Below are positions 1 through 11,600 of a stretch of DNA of 64,000 nt, piece after piece. The DNA comes from Tubiluchus corallicola (Eukaryota > Animalia > Priapulida). Below the pieces are notes generated by a model, which searched no databases, was not told where the DNA came from, and saw only the letters and a list, made by a program, of their open reading frames with translations. The position numbers and the translations under genes were made by a program. The stretch lies in assembly GCA_030141605.1 (NCBI GenBank), contig JAQGDQ010000070.1, forward strand, positions 310,001 through 374,000. The letters run 5' to 3'. How positions within the stretch are numbered: position 1 is the stretch's first letter; every line of letters starts with the position of its first letter.

Positions 1-331
1 CAGACTCAACGTTGTGCAAAACGTTTTTGTTGTTGCTACTATTTTGTGGCATGGTGTGGGTGGTGTCGTATGGTGTAAGTAGAGGGTGACTTTAGTATTG
101 TAACGTCACAATAGAACCATATTGTAGAAAAATAGTTAAATGACCAAAAGAAACCAACGAAGGGACATCATCTGAAACAGCATGCTACAAAAAAAAGTAC
201 AAACAAAACATACCTGAGTGCGTACGTGCACAAGCGAGTAACCCAACGCTTCGCATTCTGGACTAGTTTTTAGCACAGTGTACTCGTGCCTATTCGGAAT
301 CTGGTGTCAAGTTTATAGACTAACCATGCAT

Positions 332-372
332 TAATAACTAAAATAATAATAAAAATAATAATAATAATAATG

Positions 373-469
<97 letters not shown>

Positions 470-523
470 CAATAATAATAATAACAACGACGACGATAAC
501 AAGGAGGAGGAGAAGAAGAAGAA
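332..523. repeat. (TAA)n microsatellite with degenerate triplet tail
   Basis: Direct reading. Confidence 0.95.
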
Positions 524-1928
524 GTCACGAAATGATGACTACAAATACTCGAAAACACCATCAACATCAGCATTCCACAAATTCCGTCTCTACAAGTCAG
601 GTGGAAAAAATCGAATAACAGCTGAAGAAGAAACAGAGGAAACACTCCACACGCAACACAGTGAAACCAACTTCATGACAGATTAATTAACTAATGTGCT
701 TCGTTTTTTTTCTATTATAATAGTTTGTGAACAATAAGCATTTTTCTCGTTGACAGTTTCGCTTTGCACCTGAATATTTTGTCAACCTTGACACTGTCAT
801 GTTGTGTGGACTTAATTTTTCGAAATAAAAACATAAATAATCAAGTAAATGCGTTGACTGACACATTTCAAGATTCGTTTGTTGCGTTAAATGTATATCT
901 AGAAAGCTTGTCAAGCCTGTCTGTTGACAGAATGCACTGAGCAATTCCATCGAAAATAATAAATAAATAGCAAACAGAAAAGAATTTTTAGTGAATTTCT
1001 GCACGTGTGTCTTTGTGTGTTTTTTGTACATGTGTGAACTTAACCATTTTACCGTTATCCTCTTAACACTGAGCCGCTAATAATTACTTGTACTTTTAAT
1101 CATTTTCATGCCCATAATTATATTATTTTTACATATTGAATTAAGCAAACTCTTTCGAGCAGTTTGGTTTTATGTGAAACCTGAATTGGCGTGCTGCTAT
1201 TGGTGAATAATATTTTAAAGTTTTCATTTACTGATTTGTCCACAAATATGCATCCGTAATTAATATAATTATAAAGGTTTTTTTTTTTAATCAAACTGTG
1301 ACTACGTATTGTTGCATTCCTATGTTATATCTGGCATAACTATGATATTCAATTTTTTTCATCTGGCAAGTTGATTACAAATTTTTTTCGTACAGTACCA
1401 GTCTATGTACATTTACTTTAGTTATTTTTAAGTGGCATAATTTGTAATATTTTTTCTTTTTCTTTTTTGTATTAAACGGTACATTTATACTACAACATTG
1501 GAGATAATTTAATTTCAATTTTGCTTAATTCTGTTTCCTCAATTCCATTACATTCAATTTTATGTCGAATTAGTATATGCTATGTAAATATTGCTAATAA
1601 TTGCAACTTTGTATGACACATCAAGCGCCATTATTATAATTTATGCACCTTAGAGAAGAGTAGCTTCCTCGAGACTGCTTATAGTCATGAAGCTACTTCA
1701 CACTTAAGCAAATATTTTTGTCAGTATTGTACATTATACTTTTTTGATTAACATGTGTGACTTTTCTCTATATTTCAGTATAAGTATAAATATTCCTGTG
1801 TCTTACATCTTATGTCTCGATCAGGTGAATGGACCACCAATTCCTTCCTTCTTTTGGCAACAGACTTCTGCCTTTTGTCTAATCCATCCGCGCATCAAGT
1901 TACAAAATGATGTACTGTTTTTGAATGT

Positions 1929-1990
1929 GTGGTCCTTTGTCTGGTGGTCCTTTGATCTATGGTATTTTGACTAGTGGTCCTTTGACATAA
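1929..1990. repeat. Short TGGTCCTTTG tandem (likely transposon subterminal repeats)
   Basis: Four related units. Confidence 0.5.
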
Positions 1991-2641
1991 ACCCATTTCA
2001 CTATAAGGCTAAAGTAACAGACTACGTGCCATTATAAATGTTTTCCGTAATGCGTATAACTCGGCCTTGATTTGTCTTGTAGCGTAACACACGCACGCAT
2101 ACAATATATTCTTATGTGCGTGTGTGTGTGTGAATAAATTTTTAATAAACTAATTTCTCAGTTATTAACCAATTCCCGTATTATTTTAATTTGATTTCAA
2201 AGTACAACCGGCAACATAAAAAAACGATTGGATTTAGGATTATAGGATTTATTAAGATTTTATTAGGCTAAACCAAATTTTGGAAAATCTTGCAAGAACA
2301 GCACAGAATGTACTTCTTTAGAAAAACATTTCGATAAATAATTATCAGTTGACAAACTTGACACTATCACGTAACTCTGAAGAAATTATGACCTTTAAAC
2401 ACCAGAATCATGTGAGCAACTTTCTCCGCGATACGCGCGAGAAACAGAATGAACGTTCATAACGGGCCAATCCGATAAGTCAGGTACAAAAGTTCTATAA
2501 AATATGGTATACAGAGAACGTACGTTATAGGTGCAAAGTTCGACTCAGTTTAGTAGAAGTTCTACGTGTTGATGCACCTACAATTCATTTCAGTGTGACA
2601 GTTTGGTTCTAAAACAACTAGGCATTCAAATACAGTGCACA

Positions 2642-2674
2642 ATGGCAGCTTACAGCGACATGGTTAACTATCCG
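2642..2674 (+). CDS. Galectin exon 1 (MAAYSDMVNYP)
   Basis: ATG in acaATGG context, donor CCG|gtacgt, phase 0 matches exon 2. Confidence 0.8.
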
Positions 2675-5600
2675 GTACGTACTCTTTCCTGCATGCATAA
2701 ACGACCAACCGGTTAAATGACTGACTGACCAATTCATTTATTTAACAATTTCCTTTATTTAACTGTTGAACGTGAATAAATGTTGTTTGTTTCATAGGCA
2801 GTGCCGTATAAAGGTGTGGTTAGAGGAGGCCTATTTCACGGCAAAATGATTCACCTACAGGGAACACCTTTTCCATCTTTGCGAAGGTAATGGGTTTTTA
2901 ACTGGTCAATGTATACCAATGGATGAACATTGAACATTCTTTGCACATAATTCTTTCTTAATCTCAGCGAATACTAAGTAGATGAATCCGCCAACATTGA
3001 TATTTCTACAATGACAACATTATACGTGCTTAGGTTACTGTTGCGGATGCTCAAACTCTATAATTCCAGCATTTTTCACTCGAGCTTCTTATCTATGGAA
3101 TTATTTGTCAGAAAATTATATACGATATTATATAATATGTTATGTTATGTTATCTTACGTTACGTTATGTTACGTTACGTTACACTACGCTACGTTACGT
3201 TACGTTACCTTACCTTACGTTATGTTATGTTATGTTATGTTATGTTATGTTATGTTATGTTATGTTATGTTATGTTATGTTATGTTATGTTATGTTATGT
3301 TATGTTATGTTTAGTTATGTTATGTTACGTAATTGAATTTGTTGTATTTTGAATTTTTTTCTTGTATTTTGTCTTTGTATTTTTGTAATTGCAGTTTTTG
3401 CCATGTTGCGTAATTGTAATTGTGCAAATAAACCTGAAATGAATTTAATTGAATTGATATCACGCCCCTTGTGAAGAACGTTAACAGGATTTGTCTATAG
3501 CGTATTAGTTGGGTGAATTCAAATTGTCTGCATTCATTTTTCCATATTTCTGGTTTAGAAATATCCTGAGTCGCCACGGGTCTAGTTTGAGATGTTTTAT
3601 ATAAAAAACAATATCCTCAACATTTCTAAAATATTAAACAGGCGGTTTGTCTAGTGATCGACACAACGTCATTTGACATGACAGTGTTATCCAAAAGTTC
3701 TTGGTTCAAATTCAACCTCGGTTCCAATTTCTTCACGTTTCTTTTTAAATCAAGTTTGGTTTATGTTTTCGTATTGCAAATTTGTACTTTACACAAGCGC
3801 GCGTTATAAAACTCGTAATAACATGGTTGTAATTTTTGTGCAGTGGTTTCAAGATAGATCTATGCAGTGGAGCGCAGCCATGGCCGCAGTGTGACGTGGG
3901 ATTGTCCATAAACGTTCAGGCCGGCCATGGACCTATGGGTCGTTTGATTCTCACGAGGTCAGCTTATGTTTCACAGCAATGGAGAAATGAATCAAAGTCG
4001 CCTAGCACACAAATCACTCGTGGACAGACATTTGAGATGATTATTCTGGCACACCAGGATCGTTACAAAGTAAGAAAAAATCTTACCAAAGTATACCAGT
4101 GTACCTTTAGTCGTTTTCTGACTTAGATTACCATACTCGATTTCTTTCATCAACCTACGCATCTTTATAAGCTTCAGTGCCTCGCTCGGGTAAATTAGCT
4201 AGCTAGTGACGACCACGGTCGATTAATAAAATTTGAAATTCGTTTTCTTTTTTTCATTTTTAAGTAATTTATATATTTATAAATATTTATAAATTTAGAT
4301 ATTTCATTTACTCGTATTGTTTTTTCTCTACTTTTATCAAGTGTTTTTAATATTTTTGTGGCGTAATTAATGAACTTGGCCTGCGATGTATTCATTTATA
4401 AATTTACAAGTATGAGTTTATTCCGCCATACAACATACGACAACAATACAAGAAATGGAAACATAGAGTGTACATGACTACAGAATAGCAGTTTCTCTTG
4501 TTAAAATACTGACTACTTTAAGCATTTTAAAGAAAAAATAAAATAGTGTTAAAAGAAAGTTTTAGTTTTTTAGCAATCTGTTAACAACATTTTTGTATTA
4601 GAGTAGCGAGTGTGAAAATTAAATATCATTACTGTCACGTAGTTCAGTTGAAGCATTATACAAAATTCATCATAATTTTAAGAATATCTATGACGTTCTG
4701 ACCCATTAAAAAGCTGAATTTCTCTTGTCCAGCAAAAGTAGGTACAAACCGTTTTAGTTTTTTATATAAGTTACATCCGAAGTCATCAAAGCACAACGTA
4801 GCATAAAATAAAATTCATCTTGTACTTTTGACTTTTCACAATGCTGACATACGCGATCGGCTGGATTTTTTTAGCTTTATGATATAACGACCCGGTCGTT
4901 TCAATGTAGAATTTATTAGCACTTATTCTAAGTTCAGTTAGTTCAATTTTATCATTAACTTTTTATTTTGTCCGGACAAAAAGTAATTTTGCATTTTATG
5001 TTGGGTTTTTAAAGGCTTTCTGTAAGTTTTTATAACACATTTTGTTCTTAACTTAAACAGTTAATCACTGAATAGATTTTTTGTTAGCAAAAGTACTTTG
5101 ATTTCGTCATAAATAAGCAAAAGCAAGTTTTGTCAGAATGTATTTTACGAATGCAAACCAACAAGTAATGTTCTGAACGTCTAATGTTTTATTTTCATGA
5201 GATGCTTTAACTGTTGCGAGGTTGTCCCATTTAGTCAATATCTAAATATTATTTTAATGGTTTTTATTTACAAAGGGTATCGACCTAATTCAGCCCTGAC
5301 CGCATTTTTACTAGACTGGTAACTAACGTTCACTAAATTTATTTTTTATATAAGTTGGATATCAAGCCACAGTATAATATAGCAAAAAACGATAAATTTT
5401 AAATTAACATTTCATCACAATGTGACTCAAACTTATTTTGTATTGCGTACTACGTATACTTATTTATGTATAATGCATTGTTTGCAATCATTCTAAGGGT
5501 TAAACATTAACTGATCTCGGTATTAATCTGACTTTATTATTGATTTTTTGACTCATGTTATATTACTACCACAAATAAGTATTTTTCAGGTAATATTCTG

Positions 5601-8600
5601 CTTTTTTGCCACTGATTTATATTATTCTTCCTACTCAGAATTCTCAATGATGTCATAAGACCTCTAATGACGTAAGCACACTTGAAGTAAACTAAGTTGA
5701 CTCTTTTTAAGTTGGCAATTCATTTTTTTCCTACAGTTGATCCATAAAAATTATATTTAATTTGACTTTTGCAACGTAATCTTGTAAGATGACAGATTTG
5801 CTGATTTTCGTGATTTCCTTCCGACCGATCAAGAATAGTGTATCTTTCGACTTTGTTACTTGTATGCTTTGTGAAGTCATGTAAGTCGGTATAAACATTT
5901 TGAATTATTTTAATGTCATTATTAAAACGATGTGACACCTCACTCGTGGGAAGTGTTTTTAAAAAAGCTATGCTCCACATTCTCCCCACAATATTTACAG
6001 ATCTTTTTTATTTAAGTTAGCTGAAAAGCTAAGCTCAAAATGCTAGGAAGTAATCGTTATTAATTTATGTTTCGGTTGTATCCAAATTTGTAATATGCAA
6101 CTAACTGTTGGGAAAATACGACTACAATATGTAAATATAAATTTCAGATATTTTGCTGTGCTGTTAATTTGTTGTTGTTTTATTTCAGATTGCAATCAAC
6201 GGGCAACATTTTTGTGACTTCACGCATGTCTTACCACTGCACAGAATAACGCATATTTCAATAGAAGGAGAAATATCTGTCATCCAGATACGGTACCAGG
6301 TATGACATACATTAGCATGTGATTACATTACACTGCAAAGAATCAATAATTAAAATCGTCATTAGAGTGGAGTAATAGGGGAGTACTCAGCTTTCTTCTG
6401 CTTTATGTTGTTTTGTCGCAGCGGCCTGTCGTCTGTTTGACACAAGCTTGTACTGTCTACCACCTGAAACAGAGGTTACAAAACAAAGTTGGTTGACTTG
6501 CTTCTTACAGAGTAAAGAATTTAAACAAAATGGCGATAGATGGCGCCAGATGAACAGGCGCAAATTTAATTTGTTTCTCAGTTGAAAACTGGCACTTTAG
6601 TTGCACATGCTTTCGTTTGTCTTCATTTAAAGTGAAAATTCAAGCGAAACATTCCAGATAAAATTTCAAATTCAAACGGAACTGAATCAGCCATTATTGT
6701 AAAATGTTTGCTCCATTTATTTTTGTATCAGGCCTAATCTTAAACGGCCTAACCGGTTTTCGCAATTTTACAGGTAGAAGCTGCGCCTCAGCCCCCCGTA
6801 CCTGGTTATCCTCACCCAGGATATCCGCATCCAGGTCCTCCGCAGGTAACCGCTATTGCTAGATAAACATAAATTCTTTATTCTAGCATTTATATTTAAG
6901 TTTATATTCTAAAAATACTACAAGTTAAAATAATGTCAGCATTCATCATGAAAGTGACACCTTATTAGAGTTAAGAAGGCCAGGAGACAGCAATACCATT
7001 ATGGCATTTACAAAGTCATTATATAATATATAAAAATTCACTCGTTGAAATAAAGAAATACTGTCAATTATAAACAAGTAGCATTCATGACATTTGCAAG
7101 TAAAAGTGACATTATAATCAGCGGCTGTATAACTCTAATGTGTTGCTTGAGTCACTCTTTTTAAAAGCTGGCGAAATGTATTATGTGATGATTTAAGTTG
7201 TAAATTTTTAGTCAAGGTGTTTTTAACATGTATTTTAGATTTTTAGTTAGTAATTTTAATCGGTTTTATCCATAATTTTTGTGTCTTATAAATGATGGAA
7301 TACGGTACGGTGTGTACTGAATTGAAATAAAAATTTTTATCTTTAATCATGACGTTCCACTAAGAGGCACTACAAACATTGCAAACAAATTGTGATACCT
7401 TCACGTATTTTCCGACGTAAAAACGACTGACTGAATAAAAAACTTCTAGATAAAACAGATTAGGCAGCCACTAAGGTTAAAAATTCATAAGAAGCGATCA
7501 ATTTACTTATGTAGGCCTACGAAAACTAATTACTGCTGCTTTTCATTGTTTCACCCTTTACATTTCTAGATGCACAACAACAGCTCTTGTATCTAGTTTT
7601 TCCCCGGCACCTCTTAATTATGAAATTTACATAACATTGTTTTCTTTGTAAATCAACCTCGCCTGATTCAGGAAAAACGTTTACATTACCGTCTATACAT
7701 AAGCTAATAAGGCATAAAAATTCAGTTATCACGTACCTGTGTGGAATGTAGGATATCGAAACGCGGTAAGTACATTTAATGTTCGTTTTCTAGTAGGAAA
7801 TTTGATTAAATAACTTAATAATGGCTCTTTTCTGACTCCCCTGGTGACATTTTCACCGCAAATATCCCGAGAAAGTATCAATTTCCAGTGATTCAAGACT
7901 TTCGAAGATCTTCCTCATGTAGATTGACGATAAATAAAGTCTGAGTTAAGCGTATTACAAGTCCCAGTTTTGATATTTGCTTATGTGTATTTATTAAATA
8001 ACATGTCTTTATTTATAATGTTAATTTAATAAATACATTAAAGGTTCTTCGATTTGGAATGTTGTAGTTTTTTTAGAATCTTATAATAAACAGATTTTCT
8101 ATTTCAGCCTGCACCTCCTGTCAGCCCGCACACAGTCGTCTATAATCCGGTAAGAAATTTACGTAGCAATTTTTATCTGTAAAACACTCATATGAAGTGT
8201 TGGCTATTTTAAATTGTATAGATTTACGTATTAGCGCGTACGGCTGATTTTACAATCACAACGGCAAATTGGTGACTAATTAGAGCAGTAAATTGTGGTT
8301 TTGGATTTGATGAAAATAACTAAGTGCTTGCTTAGCGATCGAAATGAAGCAACGCCTAGCCTGGGCAGTAGATGGCTGGGTGGCTGACAAGAAAACTGCC
8401 TCAAGGAGGTTTCATCTGCCATACTGCATGCCGCGACTATTTACTCCTTTAGAAAAGTACATATCATGTATGCATGTAGGAAAAAGATTACGACACCCTT
8501 GTCATTTGTCTCCTTTATAGGATTGTCTGTGATGATTAACTAGCTTTTGGCTCCGTTGCAACCAGCTGTATCAAGTAAGCCCCGCCATTGAATACTCGAT

Positions 8601-11600
8601 TCCGGAATGCGAAGTTCTAAACTGAACATGTACATACATGTAGTTATGACCACGATGTCGCGAATTCATTTCGAAAAGCAAAGAAAAAAGATTAAAAATT
8701 TTCCATGAACTTCCAGAAACCTGAACCACATAAAATTAAAAAGATTTTCAAACAGGAAACTGGAAAATTATATCGTGCCATCTTTTATTATTTTTAAATC
8801 CAAAAAACGAACCTGCGCAAGGGCAGATCCACCCTTTTTAGTTCCGTAAATGCTTTTAGTCCTGTTCCTCAATTTAGTTTTTACTATGTTATCATTGCAA
8901 TAATTTTAAACAACATACAACATTTTTTTAATATCGAAACCAACTTATAACAATATATTGAATTATTTTATCGTGAAATTTGATCTCGATTCTGCATTGC
9001 ACCAGTCTTTAAGACTATCATACATCTTCTGTGTATATTCTTATATAGTGCTTGTCAGATTACGTTTTGTTTATTAGTTACTGTGTACATTTGTTTTTTG
9101 TTCGTGTAATTCCTGCTTTTGGACTAAATGTCAAGTGACTGGAATACATGTACATATATACACAAGTATTTCTTTTATTTATAACGAATAAAACGATTTT
9201 ATTCATTCATTGTTTCTTCTAGTCCTAAGTCACTTTAAAGGCTCGAATTTTTACAATTTTCATGGAGCAAATTTCATGACTTAGTTAGTGTGAGTGAGTC
9301 GTGGCCAAGCAATTGAAAAGAAAGGAAATTTCTATAATCAAACCGCTGCAACCCAACAACAACGGAACGCAACCCCTATAAATTATTTTTTATTGTGACA
9401 GTTAAATTAACTTCTACTTGAAGTGCGTATGTTTTGCAGCCAATTCCATATTTCGGACAACTAGTAGGTGGAATGTATCCTGGACGTGCTATCAGAGTCT
9501 GCGGTCACCCACTGGCCAGCGCTAAGGACAAGTATGTTTTACTTATTCGACAAACAAAATGTAGGGCCTCAGAGTCAAAGTAATTGCAAGTAGTACTAAT
9601 TAAAGAAAAGGACAAGTCGCTTTGCATGTTGCGTTTATTTTACTGATTTCACTTAAACTTATAAAAATATAATAAAGAAATTTGCAAAAATCTCTAAAGC
9701 ATGAAGTTAATTGATGCTGCCCCTGCACAGAAATTTTCAAGCGCGGAGGTTGGCGTCATTCATTTGAAAATTATGACGTAGCTGGTGCCTTCGTGATTTT
9801 TGTTAACGCATCGCGGTTTTCTGCGACTTAAATTAAAAAATCTAGTTTGAGCAGTTCGGTTCCACCATATTAGTTTTCTCACGCAATTGTTGAATAAAAC
9901 GACTACTTAACACGTATGTGTTACTGGCAGAGTGTCAAACTGGGCATTTTATAGCATGCCTACAGGAATTTTCTGACAAAACACTGGCTAAAGTAATTTC
10001 TTCTACACTTTTCCTAGACATTATTTATAACTCGAAAGTTTTATTAGATAAAGGACGTAATTCTTTTGTTTCGGATATGCTGTTCATACGCATTTTACAA
10101 AATGTTCAAATAATTTTAGGTAATGTCAAACTAGAACAAATGGTCTATTGTTCTGATGAAATTTTCCCAAGTATTTTATATAATGTCAGTTCTATTCCAG
10201 AGAATGTGAGAAATAAGTCGTGTTTTTTGTATTTGCAAATTTGTGTGTTAAAATGGGTAACTATAAATGGGTAATTATGAGACCTATGTTATAATTATGT
10301 TTTGTGATATAGTCCTTATAATTAATTATCAAATTCATAATAAAGTAAACCGGTATTACTAGTTCTAGAGTTAATGTAACCTATAGCAGCATGACTTTGA
10401 TTAGGTTGAATTGTTTAGTCTCATTCCAAGGCAGAAAAGACGCATTCTTTATACGTACTGAAGTACTGAAGTACTGAAGTACTGAAATAGAGACGACTAT
10501 TAAGGAGAAATATACAAATAAGCATTTTGAGCAAAATTAAAATAATATAAAGACCCCAAAAACTACGAAACTTACCAACTGTTAAACAATGAGGAGATAA
10601 CTATAATCTGTCCGTTCGGTTTTTAAAACCATGTACAAGAATCAGTAAAAATCGTACAATAAAAAAGAAAAACGTTTTAATCCATGACTGGGATTATCTT
10701 CAGGTGAAAAAAGCACAAAAATCATTTAATAGTTTGAAATTTTGTTATATAAACACATTCACTGAAAACAATAGAAAACAGCAGAAAAATGTGAAAGAAA
10801 TACAATCACAGAAAAGCAAAGTGTCCACTATAAATAAAAACACGAAAAGGTAATTAACATCAACAACGCAGTAAAAAAAAAGTGCAAAAATGTCACAATA
10901 CCACTGAGGACAGATCACAGGAAAGTATCCAGTGTTATTGCGATATTTTGTGATTTTGCTACTGTGTTGCTATGATAGGTCGTCCACACGGTCATTCAAA
11001 ACACTGTCATTCTCGAGTTTTGAAAGTGCGGACGCTGAGAATGACAGTGAAATTTTAATATCATTCAAGTTTAGATACCAAGCTGGTCTTGATTTCGTTC
11101 TAGGATATTTCCATAAAATTTCATGATCAAAACGTCAGCCTTTGCTTTTTTTCAAAAATTAATCCTCTATAAGAGGAACAAGAACAAATCACCACGAGTC
11201 CTTCGAGCTATCTGCTTCATTAATGCAAAAAGTAAAGAATTTAAACGTCGGTTGACCTGACTACAGTGAATAATAATTAATACGAAATGTAGTAGTAAAA
11301 ACTGTACTTTTTCTTTTGCTTTGTGAAGGTTCGCCATACGCTTGATGGTTGGCAGTAACTTTGCCGCTAACAATGACGTTGGCTTCACGTTTAGTCCTCG
11401 GTTTAAAGAGCAACAGATTGTCAGAAATAGTCGTATGGGCGGCAAATGGGGTAAAGAGGAGCGTCACGGAGGGCAGTTTCCTTTCCGTCCTGGGATGAAC
11501 TTTGACTTGACGATACACTGTGATCCTGACAAGTTCTGGGTGGACGTGAATGGCAGGTATAGCCTTCAACTTTTCGTTTTTTCTAGATTTGGCAGCTATT

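Noticed and set aside
331-645. Poly-Tyr and poly-Ile ORFs
   Set aside because: Translation of the (TAA)n microsatellite; no coding context
2467-2550. CCAAT, TATAAAA and TCAGTT upstream of the galectin ATG
   Set aside because: TATA-to-Inr spacing (about 50 nt) is off consensus and such motifs are common in AT-rich DNA; not supportable without TSS data
3011-3352. ORFs with (YVMLC)n repeats and a CRISPR-like periodic look
   Set aside because: Pure pentanucleotide microsatellite with no unique spacers, in a eukaryotic intron
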